A stretch of 64,000 nt of DNA. It comes from Octopus vulgaris. Its lineage: Eukaryota. Under the pieces are notes generated by a model, which ran no database searches, was not told the origin of the DNA, and saw nothing but the letters and a program-made list of their open reading frames with translations. Position 1 is the stretch's first letter; each line of letters starts with the position of its first letter. The stretch covers positions 40,114,001 to 40,178,000 of the forward strand of contig OX597821.1 in NCBI GenBank assembly GCA_951406725.2. Direction: 5' to 3'. The position numbers and the translations under genes are program-made. This document shows, piece after piece, positions 28,278 through 41,171 of this stretch.

Positions 28278-30535
28278 AAGCATATTGCAAAATTTTTTAG
28301 GGAGTTTACTGCATGAAGCATAGTTAATGCTGTCATTTTTAATCAAGCTCTATATTCCAAGTTCCTCTCCTAGCCTTTGCTGACCTAACTTAAGAATGTT
28401 ATGGTGTTAATCAGCGTTACACGAAACTGGGTTTTATTTTACATATTTTTATGTAAAAATAAAAATACTTGAAGTATTTATTTCATAGCAGCTAACTTAT
28501 ATTGATTGTAAACGTTTGTTTATGTAAACTAATCTTAATCTTTAATCTTGTATTAAAGGGAGATTCTTTTAGCAGTTTCACACTGCTTTTGCTACCATAA
28601 AACTAGAGGTATTACATTAGAATTATTTGCCAAAGAAGGTTACTAACCAACTCTGCCTTTTTAGTTATACTAGGGGGAAGCTTTACACTCCATAAATTCT
28701 TCCCAAATGGCAGCAGAGAAAGATGATGCTGTGAGCACAGTAATATAACAAACATTCTATGTTTATAGCAATGTTTGTTTCACATCTAGAATAAAGAAAC
28801 ATTTCAAACTGCTTGGCTGAAACTAGCAAAGCTTTCCTGGTTTAGCATAGGACATGTTTAAGATGATACAGTTTATCTTTTAAGTTAGATAACCTTTCAA
28901 ATATATTTTTATTATCATCTAAACTGGCAGAAATGTAATAGTATTGGACAAAATGACTTGGAATAATTAGTTTCAGGTCATTACAGTTAGAGTTCAATCT
29001 TGTGTTGTATTTTTGTCTTTAATATTTCTGGGTCACAAAATAAAATACCAGTTCAATCCAGTCCAGGGACCAGTTTAATTGTTGTACCCTTTCTTACAAT
29101 GCAAGTCTTTTTCCTTACACCTGAAGACACTTTATCTAAAGGAAAAAGGCAGCACCAATGATTGTTTCCCAGGCCTCCAAGATTAATACTATGAAGGAAA
29201 GAAGGTATCCTCAAATTAGGGGCCACACTGAATACTTAAACTGGGTGGAATCAAAGGACCTCAAGAGTTCAAGTGATGGCATCAAGCTGAAATATGGTTT
29301 AGAGGCTGAATCTAATTACCTTTAAGCAGTTGCATAGGACAGCTATTCAGGTAGGAGGGAAACAATATTTTTGACACCACAAGACAGCAAGACAACAGTT
29401 TTGCACCCCTTCACAATTGTGATGAGAGGTAGGCTGAGTGGTCCCTCTTGCAACACTTTTCTTTCACTGAATATTACTCAGATACTCTGCTGTATTGTTC
29501 TTGTATGTTCATAGATTATTCTAAGTCAATATTATTAAACTGTGTTTAATAATATTGACTTATTATTATTCAATATTATTAAAGTGTGTTATGTGTGTGG
29601 AACGATATATTTTAAATTCTACAGACACAATCAAGCCTTTACACACACAGACGCACACAGATATGGATATGCCCCTCTCTCTCCCCAACTCTCTCTGTAA
29701 TAAATCAATATATGTTTAGTAACTTTACAAAACATTTAGATTCTGACATTCACTTCAAGTCAGAGATCAATAGATAAATGGCAAATTTGGTGGGTCATTT
29801 GGTCATTGCAGAGTTAAATGTCTTGACTATGGACAAAACATCGCAATACATTTGTCTATATGAACCTTTGCCTCAATGACTGGTTATCTATCACAATAAC
29901 GATAATTACAAACATGAACTTGTTAATATTAATGGCAACATTGCCATCATCTACTAATTTAAAATTTGATTAGAACAAACTCTAAATAAAATGAATATAA
30001 AAATATTTCAAGGGAGCAAAACTGGCAGAGTCATTAACTCATCAGGGATCGATATAACATATTCTTAACATTCACCTTAACATATTCCCCAAAACTGCTG
30101 GTCATGTGCCCAAATTTGAAATCAATAGTTTTATATTTAGGCTTGGTTACACAAACAGCACAAACAGAACTCAATACCTATGTATATGTGCGTATATATA
30201 TGCATACTTGTGCTCTTATCTAAAGTTGTGAAGTCGCAGCATTGACTCAAGAGCCCAGAGTTTCGTGTTTTTGCATAAACACACCACTCATCAGATGTTG
30301 ATGTGACTTCACAACTACAATGAAAATATCTTCATATTTATGAAACAACATCAGTCACAATTTCAGTAGTGGGTAAGTGGTGGTGGTGGTGGGGATTGTT
30401 TGTGTTGGTTCCACTTCTTTAGATTTTCATTTTAGTTGATGATGGTCACATTGCCATCTTCGGGCATGAGCACAGTGGGCAGTTGTCCAGTGACTTAATG
30501 AGTCTAGTGTCTAAATTGTCATTTAATAATATCAT

Positions 30536-30858
30536 AGGAGCACTCCATCGGTTGTGACAATGAAGGTCCCAGCTGATACGATCAACAGAACAACTTGCTT
30601 GTGAAATTAACGTGCAAATGACTGAGCACTTCACAGACACAAGTACCCTTAGTGTAATTCTCAAGGAGATTCAGTGTGACACAATGTGTAACAAGGCTGG
30701 CCCTTTGAAATACAGGTGATATTCATTTTTGGCAACTGAGTGAACTGGAGCAACGTGAAATAAAGTGTCTTGCTCAAGGACACAACGTGTCGCCAGGAAT
30801 TGAACATGCGACCTTACAATCGTGAGCCGAATGCCCTTACCATTAAGCCACATGCCTT
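30536..30858 (-). mobile_element. tRNA-derived SINE, family E
   Basis: Minus strand: gtggcttaatggtaagg..gttcaattcctgg..tgtgtccttgagcaagacactt..ttgctccagttcactcag; head shared with 39083-39342, 3' part shared with ~55450-55590. Confidence 0.82.
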
Positions 30859-30866
30859 CACACACT

Positions 30867-30919
<53 letters not shown>

Positions 30920-31059
30920 AGGTTTGCTAAAACAAAGTGAACACTATTGGAACTAGTGCATTGGTTTGCCAAGGGTGGAGTGGGCATAAGACAGCTCAGA
31001 GTGTTTCATTTTGGACTGGAGATCAAAATAAAGTTGGAAAGCATATAAAATAGTTCCAA

Positions 31060-31720
31060 ACTCTCCATGAGAAATAATTGTCAAATCCCCTCAAATCCCT
31101 CTCAAACCAGTCTCTCCTGTCTTTGAATGAAAATATATTTTAGAATAATGTATCTCTGGAATGAGTGAATGGAACATCTTTAATTGTTGATCTCAATCAA
31201 GGTAGACCTGTGGTTAAACAACAGCAAAGCAAACACCAGCAAGAAAATCTGTATGTGTTTATTCTACTTGCTAGAAATAGCAACCAAATGTCTTCAAATT
31301 ACATGTTAGCTTCTTTAAAAACTGAATGATATTCTGTATAAGGTAGCCCTAGAAGCATTGTCTGCAATATTACTGGACAGAGCTGAAATACCATAGATCA
31401 TATGTCTGTCTGCTCAATGAAGGCTAGCCTTGGGCTTAAAAAAAGGCCATTGATGCTTTTCCTTCTGGCACTGAATTTAGTTGGTGGTGGTCATTAGAGG
31501 AATGGATATTTTGACAAAGACACTAATAGCAACATCAAGAACCAAGGAGAACAATATCTAAGAAGTAATATGACCCACAGGAAATGGCAGCCATGTTACT
31601 CTCAAATGACATTCTACCATCTTAGAAATTGAGGCTCACACTGAACGATGTCATTTTAAAAATGTTTGGGAAATGTATTGGATGGCCATGGCTGGAATGT
31701 CATGGCCATCATAGAGCCAG
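31060..31720 (+). repeat. Three tandem decayed copies of a ~190-bp interspersed repeat (family F)
   Basis: ctagaaatagca..caaat..ggaatg..tgctcaat..aacaaca motifs, also seen at ~21180-21270 and ~36200-36390. Confidence 0.55.
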
Positions 31721-32663
31721 TGTAAAAAAGATATAAAAATAGATGGACGAAGGAATGTTGGTGAATTGTTCAAATTCTGAGGCATTTATTAAATGTTTCA
31801 TCTCTCAAAACAGTTAAAACAAAATAGATTTCTTTTGGGTTTAATGGTGAGCATTACCTTGTTTAATTAACAAACATAACTGCTCGTTAAAAGCAGCTGA
31901 ACATTTCTCAGGTATATGTTCCATTAATGAAATACTCAGACAGAATCAGTATGACTCAGGACAAAAACTGGACCTTTAAATTACAGGTAAAATCCTTCTG
32001 ACAGGTTTCCACATAGTTTCCATTCACCTAATTTCCATCAAAAGTCTTGAATCAAGCTAAAACTATTTACCAAAAGCACTTGTTTAATTGAAGCAGAATT
32101 GAACCCAGAATTTTATGGCTAGAAACAAACGTCATAACTGTTCTGCCATGAGGCATTCATATTTAGAAAGTGTAATTAATTGGTGAAAAAGGTGGAAAAA
32201 AGAGTGGAAGAATTTTATGCAGAAATTCTTTATTTCTAAAGACTAGTAGACCAGTAGTTGAATAACTAATATTCTGAAAGTCTGAATTAATTTTGAAAGC
32301 CAACATTATTTAAAGAGCAACAATAAATACAAAGAAAAATGTCTTACAGAAATAGTTTTCAATTATTCTTGAACCAACAGAATTTCCTTTTAAAAAGGTC
32401 TCTTCAAATAAATAAACTTCATTTTCATAGTTTCTCTAACTTCTCATTGTAACCAAAAATATAAGTATTCTGTTAAGAGATTTATGGCTTCTTTATATTA
32501 AAATATTATTATAAAACTTTATATTATTATTTTTATCATTATTATTAACATTATATATACACATCAATATTGTTGCAGTGTAATATTGTTGTAACCATCA
32601 AATTTTACTTGAAAGTAGATAAACAACCATATTTTTATGTATATATATATATATATATATAAA

Positions 32664-32722
<59 letters not shown>

Positions 32723-32903
32723 CACGCATTTTTCCAAATACACAAAAAAAAAAAAGGAAATGCAATTGATTTTTAAAATATCCGCAATAGGAAAGATTTA
32801 GCTGAAAGTATAAAATTTGTTCAAAATAAATACACATTTACATATACACACACTCGCAAATGCTCACATACACGTGTGTGTGCATGTGTATATACATATA
32901 CAT

Positions 32904-32986
<83 letters not shown>

Positions 32987-33010
32987 AACACACATATATA
33001 TATATACATG

Positions 33011-33067
<57 letters not shown>

Positions 33068-33256
33068 GCAACAAACCACTGGCAAAACTTCGTAGTTACA
33101 GTCAATGAAATTAGTAAATACATGAGCGTCAGCATTTGTAGTCATTCCTGTTTCTAGTTAATGTTCTCAGTTTTTATTCTTATAAAAACATCCTTTAAGT
33201 ATATATATACATACATGCATATATATCTATATCTATATATATATATGTATATATAT

Positions 33257-33310
<54 letters not shown>

Positions 33311-33494
33311 CTATACACACAATCACAGACACAAGCACTCACACATAATTATATTTGTAAATTATCTTTATGCAAATATATGCATGAATGTATGTATACA
33401 TATGAATACATAAAAGTATGTGTATGTATGTTAAATATGCAAATCATACATATTTATAAATGGCATAAGTTTTTATGTTTTCATATATATACAC

Positions 33495-33551
<57 letters not shown>

Positions 33552-33681
33552 ATAATTATTTTATATATATATATATACATACACACACACACATATATAT
33601 ATGTATATACATATTTATATATATTTACATATTCATATCTATTATATATATACACATATTTATATAGATACATACTTATAT

Positions 33682-34165
33682 ACCAGGTGTGATAGGTAAG
33701 TTGTTGCCCTTTTATATTTTTAATTTCACACATGTGCATTGTTTGATTTTGATTTTGTTGACCACACAGTATAGTAGGGTCAGTTGGGCACCATCTGTGA
33801 GAAAAACATGATGCAATTCATTCTGCCAGAAATTTGGAAATGACATGCTGTACTACTTGGCATTCACACCAGAAGCCCCAATATGAACATGCACCGAGAG
33901 TGGAGGATAGCTGCTGGAAGACCCTATGTCTGGTAACAAGACTTTGCACCATGCCACACAAGCAGGGGAACCTTGTCATGGCTGTCAGAAAATTTCTGTG
34001 ACCACATCACCCCTAACATCTGGCCACGCCACCTAACTCCCCACACTGGAACCCCCTTGCAGTTGAGCAAGAGACCAAGACAAATCCTTGTAACATCAAA
34101 GATGAACTGAAGGCAAGAATTATGGCAGCTTTCACCAACTTAAACAAGGAGACCATCCAGAAGTG
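33682..34165 (+). mobile_element. Tc1/mariner (maT/DD37D-like) transposase fragment
   Basis: Frame-broken translation GRPYVW*QDFAPCHTS..ENFCDHITPNIWP..PNSP..NPL..KDELKARIMAAFTNLNKETIQK. Confidence 0.85.
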
Positions 34166-34331
34166 TTCCAGGCTACTTACCACACAGCCATTCCTGTGCC
34201 TCTATAGTATTTCAAGATATTTTAATGTAATTTTGGTAAATAGATCCGTTAAAATGATGATGTCAGTGTTATTTTCATTTTTGCATAGTTTAGACAATTT
34301 ATACATCGCATCATGTATATATATGTGCATA

Positions 34332-34378
<47 letters not shown>

Positions 34379-35004
34379 GCCCACACACACACACACACAC
34401 ACATATATATTCATATATATATTGTCTCTACTTTTTTGTTCCAAACAAGCAGAACAACTAGAAACCAACCACAAGACAAAGATATAAACCATTTTAAAGA
34501 ATTTCAATTTCAATTATTTTGTTGGCTTCAGATAGTAATTTTCTATGATGAGTTGATGTTTTATTGGTTGAATATCCATTTTACGGGTGACTCTCTCACT
34601 GACAATGTTATCATTGCACTTCTAATATGAAAGAAAGTATCAGCCAAAAGTTCACGACTTCTCCAGCCATAATTTCTATTGTTCTTCACTGTCCAGCTTT
34701 CTAGCTTGGTTTAATTTTTATATTGATTTGAAATAAAAACTAAAATTCACATTTACTTCTGACATCTCACACATTCCTCTGTTCTAAATTATAATTTGCT
34801 AAGTTTTATTCTCAGAGCTTCATCAGCTACAATATTCCTACATATAACATCTATTATATATTAATCAAGAGGAAAGTGTAGCTATGTATATCTATGTATA
34901 GTAAAGATATTTCAGCACAGTTACATCTACAATGTATATATATATATATCTACATATACACATATCAGTATATATTATATACAAATACAAATACCACTGT
35001 ATAT

Positions 35005-35401
35005 TCTTTTATCTGTTTCAGCTATTTGATTGCAGCCATGCTGGAGCACTGCCTTTAGTCAAAAAAAATTGACCCCACGACTTATTCTTTGTAAGCCTAG
35101 TACTTATCCTATCGGTCTCTTTTTGCCAAACTGCTAAGTTACAAGGACGTAAACACACCAACATCAGTTGTCAGGCGATGTTGGGGGGATAGATACAGAC
35201 ACTCAAGCACCCACCCACACACATACATATATATATATGGCAGGCTTCTTTCAGTTTCTATTTACCAAATCCACTCACAAGGCATTGGTCAGCCTGAGGC
35301 TGCAGTAGAAGACATTTGTCCAAGGTGCCACGTAAGGGAACTGAACCTGGAACCATGAGTTTGGGAAGCAAGCTTCTTACCACATGGCCACTCCTGTGCC
35401 T
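35005..35401 (-). mobile_element. SINE family B, full length
   Basis: Colinear reverse complement of 61771-62195, ending ..cttcttaccacatggccactcctgtgcc. Confidence 0.9.
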
Positions 35402-35477
35402 ATATCTATATCTAAGATACAGATTTATTTATAGTGTGAGCATATGTGTGTGTGTGTGTGTGTGTGTGTAATGCATA

Positions 35478-35883
35478 GTGAGGAAATATCTTCAGATTTT
35501 GGGCTTCACAGAGATGACAAGTGACAGAGACTCGTGGCTGTTTGCTGTGCATGAGAGGACATGTCAAGCTAAATAAGACTGTGGTTGTCCATACACATAG
35601 GTATGTCCTGCAAATCCGTCTTTCAGCTGGGAGGTGCTTCCCTTGAGGGATCCTGATTTGCTGGGGTCACATAAAAAGCTCTCATCAAAGTGCCGATGCT
35701 GTGTGATAGTGTTTGTGTCAGTGCCATGTAAAAATCACCCAGCACACTCTTAGGAAAGGCATCCAGCCATAGAAACCATGTCAAAACAGGCAAGTGGAAC
35801 CTGGGAAGCTCCACAGCTGGCCAGTTCCTGTCAAACTATCCAACCCATGCCAGCATGGAAACCAGATGATGGTGATGTGATGA
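35478..35883 (+). pseudogene. RTE-type LINE C-terminus plus 3' UTR (family C)
   Basis: 35478-35576 reads VRKYLQILGFTEMTSDRDSWLFAVHERTCQAK*, an RTE-like DRxxW terminus, followed by the family C body and GAT tail. Confidence 0.7.
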
Positions 35884-36689
35884 TTATATGCATTTATATG
35901 AACAAAGGATGAGATATTTTCAAGCTGCTTGTGGCCAAGTTAATTTCAAAATTAATTTTCTCAAACGTCTGAGATAATATAAGAAATGAACTTATGAATA
36001 CAAAAAAAAAAAAAAAAAAAAAAAAAAATAGAGGCAAGATTTGACAGTTGATCGAAAATTATGAAAATAATTTATCCAAGAGGCTGGAATATTTTTATTA
36101 TTTCAGGAAAATGATATTAGATAATTGTGGTAAGCCAATGATGGTAATGATAACAGCTATAGAAAGTAATGTCATTGCTTAGCAAAAGGAAAAGCCTCTA
36201 TGTGGCTGCTCAACTACTAGACATAGCAGTCAAGTGACTTCCTACCATCTTCAAACAGTTGAATGATACATCAGATGACATTCACCGAGATACACTGTGG
36301 CTGAAAAGATGAGATAATTCTGGTTGGAATGTCTTTGATTGTAGCGCTACTAGATCAGGGCCGATCTGTTACCAAAGAATAGCAGCACAATAAAGTGCTG
36401 TTGTTGTCAACAAGTGTCTTAGACTCTGGTTTAAAGTCTGAAGGAAATTCTAGGTGTCAATAATCATTGTTGTGAGGAGTGAAAAAGGGTAAAGTTTTCG
36501 ACACAAGTCTTTCATGGAATGTTCAAGTAATGGTGAGTAGAAGGGAAAATGAAAAGAAGAGGTTAACCCAATATTCTTAAACTGTTTTGTACTCTCACTC
36601 ACTTCAAAAACACAAAAAGTTTTGCACTTCACCATGAACCAAAGCGCTAGTATAGAGTATATATATACAGAGAAAGAGAATGTCATCTA

Positions 36690-37726
36690 CAGGGTGTGTA
36701 AGATATTTGAGGACAGATTTATGTTTATAAAACACAGATATGTATAACAGATAATAACTTTATCAAAAAACGCTATAAGGATAAAAATAAACATTCTTTC
36801 CTATAATGTCCAATGGATTGAGATCTGGGGAATTAGGAGGCCAAATGTTAGGGGTTATGTGATCATGAAAATTGTCAGTCATCCATTCCTGTGTTACTAG
36901 AGCCATGTATGATAGTGCAGTCTTGCTGAAGCACATATGGCCTTCCATTGCATACACTGTCTATCTAGGGCTTAACAGTTATTTCCAGGACCTCAATGTA
37001 GGTGGCAGAGTTAACTCTAAAGCCTTGTGGAAAGAAGTAAAGAGGCATCACATGTCCTTCATTGCTGACAATAAAACCATGACAGTTTTGGGAAATTTTG
37101 TATGAATAACACTTGGAACTTCAGAAGGGTCTGCACATAACCATCTGTTATTTCTTCTGTTAACTTTTTGATCTTGGTCGAAGATTTTTCTCGTTTGAGA
37201 AAAACCAAATCAAATCTTCTTCTGTGGATTTTTCAGTTTGTTTAAGACTTAATGTAGTGATTTTCTTTTGCTTTTAGACAAATTGACCTTTCTTCATCAT
37301 ATAAGACTTATATCTGATGTCTTTGTGGACAACATTTCTAGTTGTTCCTTCTGATACATGGAGATCTTTTGCAATTGACTTCATGGACTTTCTGGGATTA
37401 TAATCAATGGTCTATTGAACTTGGTGGATACATTCAGGTGTCCTGATGATTTCTGAGTATTTAGAATTCTTTTTATGCTTTGATACTGGTGATCTCTAGT
37501 TCTTTACAAAATTTGCATACAAAAGATCTGGCAACTTTTAAAAATCGAGATATTTCTAAATCACTATGCTCAGCCTTTATAACCACAATAACAGCATGCC
37601 TCTTCATTTATTGAGTAAGCCAAGGGTCTGTCATTATTATTTTCTGAAACAAAGATTATACAGAGTTAGCAAAAAATACAGCAATGACCCGAAAAAGGTA
37701 TATCCTCAAATACCTTATGCCCCCTG
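36690..37726 (-). mobile_element. Tc1/mariner (maT/DD37D-like) element with both TIRs and TA flanks, defective
   Basis: ta|cagggtgtgtaagatatttgagga ... tcctcaaataccttatgccccctg|ta; minus-strand DNFHDHITPNIWPPNSPDLNPLD. Confidence 0.9.
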
Positions 37727-37859
37727 TATATGTATCGTAATGTATCAGCACTGTTCACAAGCAAATTACTGATGTTTTTGTCCAAGATAAAATTTCTTAT
37801 AGACAGGCTGTGTTTAAAAACACAATGTATATTGGAGAAAGATGAAAATTCATTCCAGC

Positions 37860-38137
37860 AGTCTCTGTTGCCAAATTGCTAAGTTACTGGGACATAAACA
37901 CACCAACATTGGTTGTCAAGTGATGGTGTGGGGGTGGGGGGTGGAGGCACAAACATACATACCCACACATATATATACACATACGATGGACTTCTTTCAG
38001 TTTCTGTCTACCAAATCCACTCAAAAGGCTTTGGTTGGCCTGAGGCTATAGTGGAAGACACTTGCCCAAGGTGCCATACAGTGGGACTGAACCCAGAACC
38101 ATGAGGTTGATAAGCACACACAGTCACTCCTGCACCT
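37860..38137 (-). mobile_element. SINE family B (3'-truncated)
   Basis: cttctttcagtttctgtctaccaaatccactc..gacacttgcccaaggtgcc..gtgggactgaacccagaacc. Confidence 0.85.
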
Positions 38138-38162
38138 ATATATATATCTATATATATATATA

Positions 38163-38305
38163 TCATCATCATCATCGTTTAACGTCCGCTTTCCATGCTA
38201 GCATGGGTTGGACAACTTGACTGAGGTCTGGCGAACCAAACTCCAATTTGATCTGGCAGAGTTTCTACAGCTGGATGCCCTTCCTAATGCCGTACTTCCT
38301 AACGC
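38163..38305 (-). mobile_element. Family C repeat 3' end
   Basis: (cat)n cgtttaacgtccgctttccatgctagcatgggttggac..ctacagctggatgcccttcctaa. Confidence 0.85.
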
Positions 38306-38552
38306 CTGCCCTTATATATATATATATCTGTAAGTGCAGATAAAGGTTACAAACCTTATTAAGGGATAGCAAAATCCTATGAAAGTACTGGTTAGTTACC
38401 TATGCAAAGAGTATTGAACATTACAGTGAATACTTAACTGCAAGGTGACTATATAAACCTCGGTTTATATATATCTATTTATTATTATAAGATGAGGAAG
38501 CAGAAAGTTAATTAATAAATTATTATTAATGAATGAAAAATTGACAAACATT

Positions 38553-38635
38553 CCTTACAGCTGTTTCAATTCCAGACCTTCAGAAAATCAATCAATTAAA
38601 TTAAAAATTATTTGAAAATCAAATCTCGTCAAAGG
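38553..38635 (-). ncRNA. Type I hammerhead-like motif (C3U variant) with palindromic stem III
   Basis: Minus strand reads CCU-UUGACGA-GAUUU..GAAUU-GAAAC-AGCU-GUA-AGG. Confidence 0.6.
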
Positions 38636-38809
38636 TAGTTTAAGATATACAAAATGGGTGTTCAATTCCTGCATGCTGAGTAAACGGCTGCAAACCGTTA
38701 ACTGATAAAATTTAAACATAAAAAACATAATATAAAACATGGTATAGACCTTAGAAGGGAAGTAAGGTTGTGTATACTGGAGTTGTAAAGTAAGAATATA
38801 ACAATATAT

Positions 38810-38952
38810 ATTTCTTTACTACTCACAAGGGGCTAAACACAGAGGGGACAAACAAGGACAGACAAAGGGATTAAGTCGATTATATCAACCCCAGTGTGTA
38901 ACTAGTACTTATCTAATTGAAGCCGAAAGGATGACAGGCAAAGTCGACCTCA
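38810..38952 (-). mobile_element. SINE family A, 3' part
   Basis: tttctttactactcacaaggggctaaacacagaggggacaaac..aaggatgacaggcaaagtcgacctc. Confidence 0.88.
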
Positions 38953-39082
38953 TCTGTTTATTAAGTATTAAAAAAACTCAGATAGATATAATTGGTAAAA
39001 ATGTCATATTGTGATATTATGTCTATTAAATCAATAGAAAGTTGGTATGTAGAGTTTAATTCAAGTGCGTATAGTTATTACT

Positions 39083-39342
39083 GTGGAGGTGCGTGGCTTA
39101 GCGGTTAGGGTGTCAGCATCATGATCGTAAAATTGTCGTTTGGATTCCTGGACCAGGTGACGTGTTGTGTTCTTGAGCAAGACACTTCATTTCACATTGC
39201 TCCAGTCCACTCAGCTGGCAAAAATGAGTAACGCTGTCATGGACTGGCGTCCAGTCCAGCTGGGGAACACATACGCCATTGAAACCGGGAAACCGGGCCC
39301 ATGAGACTGGCTAGGCTTTAAAAGAGTGCATTTATTTTTTAT
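39083..39342 (+). mobile_element. Full-length tRNA-derived SINE (MetaSINE-like central domain) with 13-bp TSD
   Basis: gtggcttagcggttagg..ggattcctgg..cttgagcaagacactt..atggactggcgtcc..gaaaccggg; TSD tatagttattact at 39070-39082 and 39343-39355. Confidence 0.88.
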
Positions 39343-40801
39343 TATAGTTATTACTAATATTTAATTAAGGTGGAGTACATTCCAGGCAATTTATTATAAA
39401 TATCAAAAGGGTTAAAAGACTAATAAGGATATTAACTTAATGTTAGGGGGACATAAAAATTGAAAAATAAAAGCAAGAATAAAGTACAATAAATAAAACA
39501 AAATAGAGTAAAGAGTGAAAATAGAGAGAGAAAAATTAATAAAGGCATAAAGAATTATAGAATATTACCTTTCACCCCTTAAAAATTTATTATTGAGCTA
39601 GACTAATAAAGATAAAGAATTATTGCACAAAAATTTAATTTAAACATTTCATATATGTTGTGTCCACTTGGTGAGATACCAGATGTAAATATGTTAAGAG
39701 CCTCAGGTAAGAAGGTGTAATATTTAAAACAAGTAAATAAATAAGAATTAAAGGGAATAAATATATGTTAATAGAAGTAATGATAAGGGCTTAAATATGG
39801 GTCAATTCAACAAGTGAAATTAAAACTTATTAATATAATTATTTAAATAGTTAAATATAAAGACCTCAAAACTGAAAGTAGGTATTCATATAGGGGTGAA
39901 GAGCTAAAAATAGCTGGGAATAAATTGGGGACATACCAGATTGAAACCGGGTAGAAATAAAATAAGTGTTCTTTACAGTGAGTTAGAAAATAGCTATAGG
40001 TTTGGTTCATATAGTACAATTATTTTAATTTAGAGGTGAAGAGCTAATGAAAAACTACTAACAATCTAAATTAAGGACATACACAAAATGAGACCCAGTG
40101 AATGTAAACATTCATACAAGGAGATAAAAAAACTGTAAAAAATTATTGTACATGTGATAGCTATACATTTAAAGAGAAAGAGGAGTGGATACAGAAGAAT
40201 TATAAAAGGAATAATTATGGTTGCTAGGAGATAGGTAAAAGTACACTGTGATTATAGTATGTATATATAGGTGGAGATAGGACCAAATATGAAAATCAAT
40301 AGAAAATAAACAGTCAATGGGAGGTAATAAATTAATTATTATAAAGCAAAATGAATAAGTTGGGTGAGATAGAAAATGTGCAGATTATAGTTTTAGAGAG
40401 GAGTGCAAGGTACAGAATCAAAATACTATAGAAATAATAAGTTAAGTGGATTTAAAACTAAAACTATTAAAACCTATATCACTGGAAAATGGATAAATAT
40501 ATTTGCTTTGGGAACCACTTCACATCGCCAACTGATGGTTGTCACATGCTGATAATGGGTCAATATTCAGAAACCCAGGTCTGTGTGTATCATATCAGGC
40601 TGGAGATGGGAAGGTTGACTTCCCTTTGCAAATACTGATAGGGCACAGAAAGTGTGTCAATAGCTAGCTGGAGGAGATGTCTTCCTTGGTCTACAAGCTA
40701 CAGTAGTATCAACCCTTAAGGGTTAGCCGCATTTAAGTGGCAAATGTACTTCATGATGTTGTGCAGCTACTGTTTATACCTCGCTCAGAGATTTATTATT
40801 G

Positions 40802-40901
<100 letters not shown>

Positions 40902-40930
40902 ATTATACACATATATATATATATATTTTA

Positions 40931-40970
<40 letters not shown>

Positions 40971-41029
40971 ATTATACACACATATATATATAAATATATA
41001 TATATTTTATATATATATATATATTTTAT

Positions 41030-41171
41030 TGGGAAGGGCATCCAGCCGTAGAAACACTGCCAGATCAGACTGGGCCTGATGCAGCCTTCCGGCTTCACAG
41101 ACCCCAGTTGAACTGTCCAACCCATGCTAGCATGGAAAGCAGATGCTAAATGATGATGATGATGATGATGA
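41030..41171 (+). mobile_element. Family C repeat 3' end
   Basis: ggaagggcatccagccgtagaaac..cccatgctagcatggaaagcagatgctaaa (tga)n. Confidence 0.85.

Noticed and set aside
39086-39155. tRNA-like sequence
   Set aside because: It is the head of a SINE with body, tail and TSD; the same applies to families A, B and E. Not called as tRNA genes.
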